Assembly (NCBI GenBank): GCA_963745035.1
Contig: CAVUVW010000014.1
Span: 736,001 to 800,000 of the forward strand
DNA length: 64,000 nucleotides
Source of the DNA: an uncultured delta proteobacterium
Lineage (GTDB): Bacteria; Desulfobacterota; Binatia; UBA9968
Direction of reading: 5' to 3'
The notes below the pieces were generated by a model, which made no database searches, was not told where the DNA came from, and saw only the letters and a program-made list of their open reading frames with translations. Position numbers and translations under genes: made by a program. Position 1 is the first letter of the stretch. Each line of letters starts with the position of its first letter. Shown here piece by piece: positions 19,115-29,856 of the stretch.

Positions 19115-19867
19115 CTACCACCGCCCTTGCCAGCGATAGCAAAGAATTTGCGCGGGTTTGTCTTTGGTCACGAGCGCGGCCTCGTAGCCGTCGCGCAGAG
19201 CCAATTCTTCGAGCGTCCAACCAGCTACCGACGCTTGGATGCGCACCTTGCCGTCGGCGAGCGCAATTTCCACCTCGTCCAATTGCCCCGCCAGACCCGT
19301 GCCCTTGGCCTTTAAGAACGCCTCTTTGCTGGTCCAACATTTATAAAAGGCCTGGCGCCGCAGCGCCGCGGGCAGGGCACGCAACGCCGCCACCTCGCGT
19401 TTGGTAAAAAAGCGGTTCGCGACCGCGAAAATCTCAAAATCGGATTTGACATATTCGATGTCGACGCCGATTTCATGCCGATCGTTCACCGCCACCAGCG
19501 CGGTTTCGTGAGAATGGGATAGATTGAAATCGATGCCGCAAGCGCTAAACTGCGCCGCCAACTTGGGCTTGCCGTTGGCGCCTTCGTTGAATTGCAAATC
19601 GGCCGCGCCCGTATGCGTGTAGCGCGCCAAGATGTCGCGCAACGCGGCATGCGCGATCACGTAGCGCCGCTGATCTCTCGCGAACTTGAATTTCTCGGCT
19701 CGCGCCTGTTCGTCGGGCAAAAGCCGCTCGCGGCAAAAACCGACGTCACATCCGGGATCGTCCAGCTCCACTGCCCAGACATGCGCGTCGCCGCCGAGCG
19801 GCGGAAGCGGATCAGGCGCTGACAACCACCGGCTCATGGATGACTCGCGGAGCCTTTGCCTGGCCAT
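19115..19867 (-). CDS. Sfp-type 4'-phosphopantetheinyl transferase
   Basis: GKP, FNLSHS, IGVDIE, WTSKEAFLKAKGTG. Confidence 0.92.
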   Translation of the reverse strand: MARQRLRESSMSRWLSAPDPLPPLGGDAHVWAVELDDPGCDVGFCRERLLPDEQARAEKFKFARDQRRYVIAHAALRDILARYTHTGAADLQFNEGANGKPKLAAQFSACGIDFNLSHSHETALVAVNDRHEIGVDIEYVKSDFEIFAVANRFFTKREVAALRALPAALRRQAFYKCWTSKEAFLKAKGTGLAGQLDEVEIALADGKVRIQASVAGWTLEELALRDGYEAALVTKDKPAQILCYRWQGRW

Positions 19868-20219
19868 GCAGTGCGCTATCGAATTTGCGCATATGAGCCG
19901 CGCTCATCAGACGACGGCCTCGCCGCGCAACGCCCGCGACGATGACCCGCTCGCCGTTGCGCGTAATCCGCAGATCGCATCGGCCGGAGAAGAAAATCAT
20001 CGTGCGCGGATGCTCGTAGACCGTGGTTTTGTGCGGCACCTCCTCGACGTAGATATCAAAGAGGCGGCCGGCCGGCAGATTGACGGTCCGGGTATGCATG
20101 AGATCGCCTTCGAAGAAAACTTCGAGCCAATTGCGATTCTCCGTCACAGCGAGGATAATTCCGGCGGCGTTCTTGATTTCCGCGATCAGTTCTTCGCCAC
20201 CGGCTGCTTCCCGTGCCAT
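19812..20219 (-). CDS. hypothetical protein (true 3' end may be near 19905 if frameshifted)
   Basis: Co-oriented, 12 bp after the ligase stop; last ~30 residues look frameshifted and overlap the PPTase gene. Confidence 0.6.
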   Translation of the reverse strand: MAREAAGGEELIAEIKNAAGIILAVTENRNWLEVFFEGDLMHTRTVNLPAGRLFDIYVEEVPHKTTVYEHPRTMIFFSGRCDLRITRNGERVIVAGVARRGRRLMSAAHMRKFDSALHGQAKAPRVIHEPVVVSA

Positions 20220-20231
20220 GAGTGTCCTTGG

Positions 20232-21762
20232 CTAATTCGCCAGCAACGTCTCCGCGTCGCGAATGGTTTTTCCCGATGAGGTGCGCGGCAGCGCGTCGCG
20301 CACGACGATGCGATCCGGCACCTTGAAATTGGCGAGATTGGCGCGCAGAAACGTCAACAGTTCTTTTTCGTTGACGGCCGCTCCCGGGCGCGGCACCACT
20401 GCAGCGCCGATGACTTGGCCGCGCTTGGCGTCGGGGATGGCAAACACCACCGTCTCCTGCACGCCCGGATAAGTGTAAATCAGGTTTTCCACTTCCGCCG
20501 GATAGACGTTGAGGCCTCCGGTAATAATCATGTCGTCGCGCCGCCCCAAATGATAGTAATAGCCGTCGGCGCCGCGCTTGCCGACGTCGCCGGTGTAAAG
20601 CCAGCCGTCGCGAACGCGCTCGGCGGTCGCCTCGGGCCGGCGAAAGTAGCCTTTCATGACGTGCGGGCCGCGTGTGATGATTTCGCCGGGTTCGTCGTCG
20701 CCGACTTCTTTGCCCCTTTCATCGACGATTTTCACCTCTACGCCCGGAACCGCGCGGCCGATGCTGCCCATTTTCGCCTCGGCTTTGGCCGGCTCGACCA
20801 AGGTAATCATCGGCGAGGTCTCGGTGAGGCCGTAGCCTTGAATGACTCGGATATGCGGCTGCGCGGCTTGAAACGCGCGCAGCAGCGGCAGCGGTATGCT
20901 GGTCCCCATCATCGCGGCGATCTTCACGCTGCTCGTGTCATAGCTCGCGAGATTCTTTACGCCCAGCAAAAGTTGAAAGACGATCGGCACGCTCTCGAAT
21001 ACGTTCACGCGATATTTTTGAATGCCTTCCAGGAGCGTGATCGGGTTGATCTGATCAAAGATCACCAGCGTGTAGCCCTTTTCGGCGAGCTCGTTGCAGA
21101 CGATCGGACCGACGATGTGCGACATCGGCAAAATGCAGCCGCGCATGGTCGACCCGTCGCTGACGCCCATCTCGGTCATCACGCGCGGGTACTGAGCGAG
21201 ATTGCGATACGACAACACCACGCCCTTTGGTTCGCCGGTGGTGCCCGAGGTGTAGAGAATCAGCGCGTCGTCATCGTCATGCAAGCGCGGCGGCGAAACC
21301 TGCGCCGCCGGCACAGCAAATCGCTTTTCGAAGCTTTGCTCCCCGTCCCCATTGACGATCCATACAGGGATCGCGCCCGTCGCTTGAAATATTTCCTCGA
21401 CCTCCGGATACAACTGACTGTGAACGATCAGAAGCTTCAGGTCGGCGTCTTGCAAAACGCCCTCCAGCTCCTTGCCCTTCAGCCGCGCATCGAGAATGAC
21501 GGTAACGGCGCCAAGCTTTTGGCTGGAGTAATAGCTCAGCGGAATGGCGGTGGAATTGGGCAGCAAGACTCCCACGCGGTCACCCTGGCGAAATTCCTTC
21601 CTGCTGCAGGTGTGCCGCCAAAGCATGCACGCGCTGATTGAGCGCCGCGAAGGTCAATTCTTCCTCTTTCGCGATGAGCGCAGTTTTTTGCGGCTGCCGC
21701 GCGGCCGTCTTCGCCAACACCTCGGCTGCGAAAAATCCTATCGAACCGGTATCGTTTGCCAT
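20232..21762 (-). CDS. long-chain acyl-CoA ligase / adenylate-forming enzyme, frameshift near 21593
   Basis: YTSGTTGEPKG, QGYGLTE, YTGDVG, GRRDDMIITGG, LPRTSSGK; N-terminus MANDTGSIGFF is in another frame. Confidence 0.88.
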
Positions 21763-22729
21763 ATCGCAAAAGCCCTCTGAAACGGTTTGTACCAGCGCGA
21801 CAGCTGCGCCAGCTCGCCGCGCTGGAGTTTTAGTTTTCCCTGCTGGGTCGCCAGAAATGCGTCGATCCGGTTGCTGAACACCGCGTTCCACCACTCGGCT
21901 TTGCCGCGATCATGAACTCGCCGCCGTCGCCTTGGGCGAGATCCGCGATCTCGCCGTCGAGAAATCTCACCGTCCATGCTTCTCCGGTCTCGTCGAGCGA
22001 AAGCGTCAACGATGTCGTGAGCCCGGTTTCGGCGCCATGGCTGCGGAACTCCGAATCCCGGTTTGCGCCGTCGACCAATGCCTGCATGTGCTCTTTGGAA
22101 AAAAGCGCATAGCGCTCGCCGCCAACAGAAGACATCGACGGTTCCGGGCGCGCGCCGTTAGCCGCGGCCGTAGCACCGACTCGCTCTTTAAAGAATTGGC
22201 AGTGCACGGCCTCTTCGAGCAGATCGGTGAACAGAAACGCTTCTTGAAAACTCTTGCCGATGGCGACGGTGCCGTGACCTTTGATGATCACCACCGGATG
22301 ATATTTCAGCTCTTCGACGACTTTCTCGGGCTTGGTCACCGTCGGCGTGTCTTGTGCGATGATCGGCACTTCGCCGATAGTGTACTTTTCTTCGAAGCTC
22401 ACCGGCACAAAACTCTCGTGGCCGAGGGAGAACGCCAGAACCATGGGCGGATGGACGTGAACGATCGCCGCAGCCTCAGTGCCGGCATAGACCGCCATGT
22501 GCATCGGCGTTTCGCTGGAGGCGCGCTGATTTTTTTTGATCGGCTTGCCGGCGTGATCGATCCGCACCACATCTTCGGCGGTGAGAAAGCCGAGCGGCGC
22601 GTGCTGCCCGGTGATCAGAAAATCGTTCTTGCCGGCGCGGCAGCTCAGGTTGCCGCCCCAACCGCTGATCAGCCGGCGCTCGAAAAGCCGCCGCCCCCAA
22701 TTGACCATTTCGCGCTCGAGTTTGGTCAT
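21738..22729 (-). CDS. class II aldolase/adducin family protein fused to an SCP2-like domain, frameshift near 21905
   Basis: GGNLS, SSETPMH..VY, HVHPP, GHG; tail ...WWNAVFSNRIDAFLATQQGKLKLQRG resembles SCP2. Confidence 0.8.
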
Positions 22730-22735
22730 TGTTCG

Positions 22736-24260
22736 TTAGTTCTTTAGGAAGGCCCAGGGAACAACTTCCGTAGCGATGCGGAAAACATCGGCGCCCGCCG
22801 GACAGAGCTTTCGTCCCAGGAAAGTTCCAGCGTCGCGGTCACGCGTTGGTCCGCGTTCTGCTGCAGCGCTGAACATCTCGACTTCGACGCCGTGGATACG
22901 CGCCAAGCGCACCGCCAATTGCGAGCCACAAATACCTCTCGGCCCTTCTTCGGTCAACGTGTCGTAGAACAAGCAGAGCTTCTTGATCTCGCGCTGCGCG
23001 AATAACGTTCCCATCATGTTGTCGGAAACCAAGGTCACCGCCACGCGCCGCTCGATCAGTTCCGGCACCACAACTTCACTTCCCCAGAGTTCCGGGCGCA
23101 TCTCGGGAATCAACACGCTTTCGGCCTGTTCCGCTTTGAGCGCGCTGGCGAGGAAGGCATACTGGTTTTTTGGCGGCACGCCGTAGACCAGCAAATACTT
23201 GCCGCCGCGCTCTCGCTCGCGCTCCGGCTCCGAACTTTGCTTTTGGTACTTCCGCCGAAAACTTTCCGGCGTGTAAATCTCATCGAAGCCGATGAGCCGG
23301 GTAATCAGCGCCGCCGGGGTCATGTCGAACGCCGGGTAGCGCACCTGCAACATGCCATTGTTCGATCGGACCAACGACTCGCCCTGAAACTTGAGCAATT
23401 CCGCTCCCGGCCTTTCCTCGATCGCCACGTCCGCGCCGCGCTCAAGCGAGCGCGGGTCCTGCACGAGAGCGTAGAAGGGAATGGCAAAATCCTTGGCCAT
23501 CAAAGCCAAAGGATAGGTGCCGACTTTATTGATGATATCGCCGTTTTGCGCCGCACGGTCGGCGCCGACGATTACCGCGTTCACCGCGCCCTGCTGCATG
23601 ACTTGCGCCACAGCGTTGTCCGGGATGATCGACACGGCCACGCCGGCTTGGGCAAGCTCCCAGGCGGTCAGGCGCGTGCCCTGAAGATACGGCCGGGTTT
23701 CGCTCGCGATCACGGAAAACTTTTTCCCCAGCTCTGCGCAGCGCTGCGCCACCGCAACCAATTCACCGCTGACGTTGCAATGGGTCAGCACGCGCGCTGG
23801 ATCAGGCAGCGCGTCAGCCGCGAGTCGGGCGCGCGCGATCCGCCCGCCGACGATCCGCTGGCCGAGCTCCCTCGCCTGCTTGGCGATCGATTCTCCGGCG
23901 ATCACTGCCCGGCGGCAATTCGTCCAAGCCATGTGTCGAAAAAAGCTCCGAGACCGCGAAAATCAAAGGTCGGCCGCGCGGCGCAAAACTGCTCGGTCAT
24001 TTCCGCCAGACGCCGGCGCAGCGTCCGCGGCGTTCTTGTCGGGCGTGCTCGTTGCAGCCAGCGAGCGCGCCGCTGTAAAGAAACGTCAGCACCTGTCCGA
24101 AGGCGCGGGTTTTCATCGCGCGCACCGCGTCGAGCGCCTGCTCGACCTCGCGCACTTCCAGGTACTCGATTTTTTCCGGAATCTGGGTCTCGTCGAGAAT
24201 GCGAAAACCGGCGCCTTGCCAGAGAACCGGCTCGAACAGCGGACTTTGCGCGGCGCTCAT
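22736..24260 (-). CDS. mtnA: methylthioribose-1-phosphate isomerase-like protein with an extra C-terminal eIF2B-like repeat; at least two frameshifts between ~23910 and 24060
   Basis: ILDETQIP, ARPT, LTHCN, ETRPYLQGTRLTAWEL, GADR..NGD..NKVGTY, PAFDMTP. Confidence 0.8.
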
Positions 24261-24281
24261 GGTCGCTCCGGCTCAGGTATC

Positions 24282-25017
24282 CTAAAGATAGTGCAGCGCC
24301 TTGCGCGCCACTTCGATGGTCTTCTTCTCGGCTTCGAAGAATTGCGGATCGCGAAAGCCGAACTTGCCGTGCAAACACTCGTCGGACACCGCGAGCACCG
24401 CGCCGGCCTTTTTGCCGCGCACCTGCGCGATCGTCAGAAACGTCGAAGTTACCATGTCGATGCTTGAAATGTTTTGCTCGCTGAGCTGGCCGAATCAGCT
24501 CTGGGGTTTCCTGGAACAGCGCGTCGGTCGTGAAGATCCAGCCAAGATGATAGCGCACTCTCAAGCTGTCAGCGGCTTTCTTGAGGGCATCGACAATCTC
24601 GCCGTGCGCTACGGTGGAAAAATTCTCCGCCACGTAGTAGCGCGACGTGCCGTCGCCGCGCAGCGCACCGGTGACGATCACGAGATCGCCGATCTTGACG
24701 TTTTCCTGGAGCGAGCCGCAGCTGCCGACGCGAATGAGCGCCTGCGCCCCGGCGCCGCAGAGGATTTCCGTCGTGATCGCGGTGTCGGGCGCGTAGCGCC
24801 CGCCGTTGCCGACGGTGACGCGCTTGCCGTCGAGCGCGCCGCTGTGCATCTCGTAGTCGAGAAAGGTAAAATTTTTCTGCGGCGAGTCGAGCAGCTTGAG
24901 CAGCATTTCGCTCCGCTCTCTCGGACCGGGAATCAGCGCGTAGGGACCGAGCGAATCGGCTTTGAGGCCGAGCATGGACAGCATCCGCTGCGGCGTGAAA
25001 TGAGCTTCTTTGAGCAT
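24282..25017 (-). CDS. nucleoside phosphorylase (uridine/purine NP-I family), frameshift near 24492
   Basis: PGPRER, IRVGSCGSLQ, RGDGTSRYY, TTDALFQE; C-terminus SIDMVTS...AVSD in another frame to TAG 24282. Confidence 0.85.
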
Positions 25018-25019
25018 AA

Positions 25020-26238
25020 TCAAAGCGCCCGGTGGGTAAACGCCAGCAGATCCTCGAACGGCAAAGCCGCGTCCTTGAGATCGGCGAAGGCGCGCTCGCA
25101 GAGCGCGCTCGACGTGAGCACCAGCTCCGCGCCGCTGGCGACGGCTTCGCGCATCCGGTCCGCGGCGCTCCATTGCGCCAGCTCGGGGTCGGCCTCGGGC
25201 ACTCCGCCGCCGCCGCCGCAGCACCACGACCAGCGCCGGTTCCGCTCCATCTCGACCAGTTGAACGCCGGGAATCGCGCGCAGGATACTGCGCGGATCGT
25301 CAAACACGCCGGCGCCCCGCCCGAGATGGCAGGAGTCGTGATAGACGACCTTTTTTTCGATGCGCCGGGAAAATTTTAATCGGCCCGATTGAATCGCTTG
25401 GTTGACGTACTGCACGCCGTGCAGCGCGGTAAAGTTCGCGCCGCCGGTCTCTGGCGTACTCGCGCCAGATTCTCTGACAGCTGCCGCACGCGGTGACGAC
25501 TGTGGTGATGCCGGCTTTGGCGATGATCGCCAGATTGGCGTCTTTGAGCCGCTCGTACTCGCGGCGAAAGCCGAGATCGAAGGCGTAAAGCCCGCAGCAC
25601 TTCTCCTCGTCCCCGAGAATTACGAAATCCTCTCCGGCTTTTTGCATGATGCCGGCGAGCGCGCGGGCCGCGCTCCGGCCGCTGACGCGGTCCGCCGCGC
25701 ACCCCGCAAAGAGCAAGGTGGGCGCGCTTGTGTCGCGCAGCTTTTTGAGCCCGAGATCACCGGCCCAGGCGCCGCGCCCTTCCTGTGCCTCCGCCCAAGG
25801 ATTATCATGCGCGCGCAAGCCGTCGTAAATCGCGCGGTGCGCTTCGATGGGACCTTCCTTCTCGGTAATTTCCTCGCGCATCGCGACCGTGATGTCCCAC
25901 GGTCCGTAGCCGTCGCCGCGCACGCCGCAAAGCTCCTGGCACATGAGACAGTTGGTGCAGCCGTAGATCACTTCTTTGAGCTCGGGAGTAATCGAATCGA
26001 GCCCATGGAAAACCCGCTGCGCCATCAGCCAGCGCGACTTCGGCGTGTGTCGTTGAAAGCGATAAAACTCGTAGGGCGGACACTTCTCTTTGGGCCCGGG
26101 CGCATCTTCCATCGGATTGGCCGGACCATGCCCGTAGCAAGAGCCGCAGAGAACGCAGCCGCTGCTGCGTTCTTCCAGGCCCTTGGCATAGAGCCATTTT
26201 TCTACGCGCCGAAGGCCGACGGGGAAATCACTTTTCAT
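25020..26238 (-). CDS. HdrD/GlpC-like Fe-S oxidoreductase (4Fe-4S plus CCG domains), frameshift near 25445
   Basis: CVLCGSC...CP, CTNCLMCQELC, KCCG, ACGSC, YHDSCHLGR, WCCGGGGG; start uncertain (26238 or 26307). Confidence 0.85.
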
Positions 26239-26364
26239 GAAATTGACCGTGGGCGAAATCGTTAATGCCTTAACCTTTATAGCTCGCAGCTCATGAGTGT
26301 CAACCAATTCCCGGACAGAGGGATCGAAGGCAAACGACGCGCCACAGAGAACGGCGCTGCCGCA

Positions 26365-26817
26365 CTACTTTGGAGTCGCTTCGGGATTGAGCTTGCGCAG
26401 CAGAGCGGAAAGCTCCTTCTGTTGCGCACCGTCGAGCGCGGTAAAGATTTCCGACACACTTTTCTCGAACAGCGGCAGGGTCGACTTGTAGAGCTTGGCG
26501 CCTTTGTCCGTGAGCACGACGTGCACCACGCGGCGGTCATGCTCGTCGCGTTTGCGCAGCACCAGTTTCTTTTCTTCCAGCCGATCGACGATCCCGGTCA
26601 AGTTGCTCACCGTAACCATCATCTTGGCACCGATATCGCCGAATGGCAGGCCACCAGCGTAGCCGATGGTGGCGAGCACGTAAAATTGCGGCGGCGTGAG
26701 CCCGGCCTTCTGCAAATCGTTGTCCAGTTTTTTGTGGGATTGCAGGCTGAAGCGCAGAAATCGAACCCATAGACTGGTAGTATAAGCGGTGAAGAATGGA
26801 CGTGTATCGCCGCGCAT
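26365..26817 (-). CDS. MarR family transcriptional regulator
   Basis: GLTPPQFYVL, LTGIVDRLEEKKLV..DRRVVHVVLTDKG. Confidence 0.9.
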   Translation of the reverse strand: MRGDTRPFFTAYTTSLWVRFLRFSLQSHKKLDNDLQKAGLTPPQFYVLATIGYAGGLPFGDIGAKMMVTVSNLTGIVDRLEEKKLVLRKRDEHDRRVVHVVLTDKGAKLYKSTLPLFEKSVSEIFTALDGAQQKELSALLRKLNPEATPK

Positions 26818-26942
26818 TCGGCCAATGTATGCGCCCGCGCTGTTAAAAGCAACTTCGCGCGGCGATTCTGCGTAACCGCATGCATACGGCGCGCGGCGGC
26901 AGCGGCGATGATTCTGCAAGCACGCTCGGAAGGAACCAAGCG

Positions 26943-27677
26943 ATGAAACTCCACGTTCTCGGTTGCGGCGACGCCTTCGGCAGCGGCGGGCGTAATCAAA
27001 GCGGCTATCTCGTCGACGCAGGCGATCGGCTGTTTCTGCTCGATTGCGGCCCGACCACGCTCCTCGCCATGAAGCGGGCCGGATTCGATCCGCGGCGTCT
27101 CGACGCGATCATTCTCAGCCACCTCCACGGCGATCATTTCGGCGGTCTGCCGTTTTTCTTGATCGAGTATCTCTATCGACAACCGCGAGGGTACCCGCTG
27201 ACGATTGCCGGTCCGCAGGGCACCGAAGAGCGCGTCCGGCAGCTTTACGGCGTCATGTACGGCAGCGGCAGTTCTGAACGGGAGTTGCCGCCGGTTGAAT
27301 TTCTCATCCTGCAGCCGGAACAACGGCAAAACGTCGCCGGCATCGACGTATTTTCCTTCGCCGTGCCGCATCAGACCCAGGACGTTTCTCTGGCACTCAA
27401 AGTGTCGTCTCAGGGCAAACAGCTTCTTTTCTCCGGCGATTCGGCGTGGACCGATGTTTTTGTCCGGCACGCCGAGGGAGTCGACCTGTTCCTGTGCGAG
27501 TGCTCGTTTTTTGAGGAGCAGCCTGGCATGCACGTAAATTACCGGGCTTTGCAGGCTAATCTGGCGCGACTGCGATGCAAGAAGCTGATCCTCACTCACC
27601 TTGGCGAAGAGATGCTCGCGCGGCGGGACCAACTGGCGGTACCGACGGCAGAAGACGGAATGGTGATCGAAATTTAA
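26943..27677 (+). CDS. MBL-fold metallo-hydrolase (RNase Z/BN-like)
   Basis: LGCGDAFGSGGR, SHLHGDH, FSGDS, LTHL. Confidence 0.9.
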   Translation: MKLHVLGCGDAFGSGGRNQSGYLVDAGDRLFLLDCGPTTLLAMKRAGFDPRRLDAIILSHLHGDHFGGLPFFLIEYLYRQPRGYPLTIAGPQGTEERVRQLYGVMYGSGSSERELPPVEFLILQPEQRQNVAGIDVFSFAVPHQTQDVSLALKVSSQGKQLLFSGDSAWTDVFVRHAEGVDLFLCECSFFEEQPGMHVNYRALQANLARLRCKKLILTHLGEEMLARRDQLAVPTAEDGMVIEI

Positions 27678-27696
27678 CCTGTAGCTCTGAAAAATT

Positions 27697-28926
27697 TCAG
27701 CTCTGGTCGTCGGCACCCTGGCGCGCCGGCAAGGTCGGTAGGATCAAAGCCCGATGCCCGCTTTTGGTCAGAATGGAATGGGCGGTTTCCTGCGCGGTCG
27801 CCAGTTCGGTATACGGACCGATGCGCACGCGATATCCCGGCTCACCGCGCTGCAACACGGTTTGCTCGATAAATGCGTGGAAGCCTTTGGCGTTCATCTG
27901 CCGGGAGAAAAGCTCGGCTCGTTCCAACTCGCGGAAGGTGGCGATCTGTAAAATATAGCTGTCGGCAATGTGCGCTTGTCTATTCACCTGCGTGGCATCG
28001 ATCATCGCCGGCGCTTCTTCCATCCGCGGCCGGACCTCCTGCTCCATCGTCGGGTTCTTGCCGGTGGCGGGGCTCGTTTTCAAGCTGTCATAGTGATCGA
28101 AGCCGTATTCCAGAAGCCGCTTGGTATCGCCCCACTGGTCGCGCGCGCCGAGGATCGCGATAATCAGAGTCGCGCCGTTGCGTTGCACGGCGCCGACGAA
28201 GCACTTTTGCGCTGCAAAAGTGTAACCGGTCTTGCCGCCGAGCGCTCCGTCGTATCCCCATAACAACCGATTGTGATTGCGCACCGAGATGCGCCGCGGC
28301 ACGGCCTTTTTGCGCACGAACGCGGTCGTGCTCACGGAGCTGAACTTGGTTTGGACGATGTCGCGAAAAGTCGCGTTGTTCATCGCATAGCGAAAAAGGA
28401 TCGCGAGATCTCGAGCGGTCGAGTAGTGGTCGGGCGCGGTTAAGCCATGGGGATTGGTGAAGTGGGTATTGGTGGCACCGAGCTGGTGCGCTTTTTTCGT
28501 CATCTGTTCGGTAAATCGCTGCACGGAGCCGCCGATCCCTTCGGCGAGCACCAGGCTGGCATCGTTCGCCGAGGCCAGCATGATGCCGTAGAGCAATTCC
28601 TCGATGGAGAGCGACTGTCCGGCGCGCAAATACAGCTTGGACGCCGGCACCCGCGTCGCTTCTTTCGAAACCGTCAGTTTTTGGCTGAGACTTCGACCGC
28701 TTTCGAGAGCCAGGATGGCGGTAGCGACTTTGGTCGTGCTGGCGGGCGGCAAACGCAGATCGGGTTCTTTCTGATAGAGAATCTTGCCCGTGGCCGCATC
28801 CATGAGAACCGCGGCGCGCGCCGTAAGGTCCTCATCAGGAGCAAACGCCAAAGCACGATTGACGGAAGCCGAAATGACAAGCAGGGCTAGGATCAAACCA
28901 GCCGAAAGCAGTTTCTGAAGTCTCAG
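27697..28926 (-). CDS. D-alanyl-D-alanine carboxypeptidase (S11) with C-terminal SPOR domain
   Basis: PASTTK (SxxK), SAN, NPHGL, KTG; SPOR-like YILQIATF...YRVRIGPY; probable CTG start at 28926. Confidence 0.88.
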   Translation of the reverse strand: MRLQKLLSAGLILALLVISASVNRALAFAPDEDLTARAAVLMDAATGKILYQKEPDLRLPPASTTKVATAILALESGRSLSQKLTVSKEATRVPASKLYLRAGQSLSIEELLYGIMLASANDASLVLAEGIGGSVQRFTEQMTKKAHQLGATNTHFTNPHGLTAPDHYSTARDLAILFRYAMNNATFRDIVQTKFSSVSTTAFVRKKAVPRRISVRNHNRLLWGYDGALGGKTGYTFAAQKCFVGAVQRNGATLIIAILGARDQWGDTKRLLEYGFDHYDSLKTSPATGKNPTMEQEVRPRMEEAPAMIDATQVNRQAHIADSYILQIATFRELERAELFSRQMNAKGFHAFIEQTVLQRGEPGYRVRIGPYTELATAQETAHSILTKSGHRALILPTLPARQGADDQS

Positions 28927-29316
28927 TGTTGCCGTCCTCCCGCCGCGTGATAAAAAGCTCGTTGACCCTGTCGCAAGGATTTGCGAGTAAATAAAACCAG
29001 ATTCTATCTCGTTTCTTGTAACTTGAAAAGGAAAATTTCCGCAATATTTCCGGAATCCGGGATTCACCACCTTAATGACTCGACCGGCAAGGTTAGTAGA
29101 CGAATTCTCTAGCCGCAAATGAACCCAAAGCAGCATGGCCGTCGCGGAGAGGTGTGAAAGGATTTTGCGGCCGGCTCCGTTGAGTGTCTTCACGACTTCC
29201 GGCTGTGCCCGCGGAACTTAAGCCAAGTCCGACTTAGGGAATCCGGGATGAGTCAGGGGAAAGCTGGAGCACCCGTTCCCGGCTTCAGCCATCCGCGTGC
29301 TGTGACTGCGGCGAGA

Positions 29317-29856
29317 TCAGTTCACGATCTTGATCTGTTTGGGATGTTCAAGAATCACTTCCAGGCCGTACTGCGGGTGATCTTTGACCACGCCGACGAT
29401 TTCCACTTCGCGGTTTTCGAATTGTTTGGGCGGCTGTTTGCCTTTCTCGAAGAGCTCCACCGATGAATTGAAGATCACCGCGGTCAGGGCCTCGCGCGAC
29501 GGTCCGAAGTTGATGAAGTAGGTATTGCTCTTGGCTGAGTGGCCGACACGGAAAACCCGTCCGCGGATGCGCGCCTGCTGCCCGACGTACGAGCGGATCT
29601 TCTCCACGTCGCGCGACACGATGGGGACGAGCTCCGCGGCGCTTGCCTCCGCCATCGGGTTCGGCGGCGAGGGCACGAAAGTTACCCGGAAACTCGGCGC
29701 ATCGACTGCGGGTGAAGAAGTGCTTTCCGTGACTGGCGGTGAATCCTGAATTGCGGGGATAACGGGATTCCACCGCTGGTAGAGCACGTGGGTCATAAAA
29801 CCCGCGCCGAAGGCGAGCACGACCAGAGACAGAATCCCTCCGGATGATCGGGTCAC
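29317..29856 (-). CDS. membrane-anchored OB-fold domain protein
   Basis: N-terminal TM, Pro-rich linker, VGQQARIRGRV...YFINFG...TAVIF...VEIVGVV. Confidence 0.7.
   Translation of the reverse strand: MTRSSGGILSLVVLAFGAGFMTHVLYQRWNPVIPAIQDSPPVTESTSSPAVDAPSFRVTFVPSPPNPMAEASAAELVPIVSRDVEKIRSYVGQQARIRGRVFRVGHSAKSNTYFINFGPSREALTAVIFNSSVELFEKGKQPPKQFENREVEIVGVVKDHPQYGLEVILEHPKQIKIVN

Noticed and set aside
19115-21762. NRPS/PKS cluster inferred from PPTase plus adenylation enzyme
   Set aside because: No carrier protein, condensation or ketosynthase domain is visible in the window
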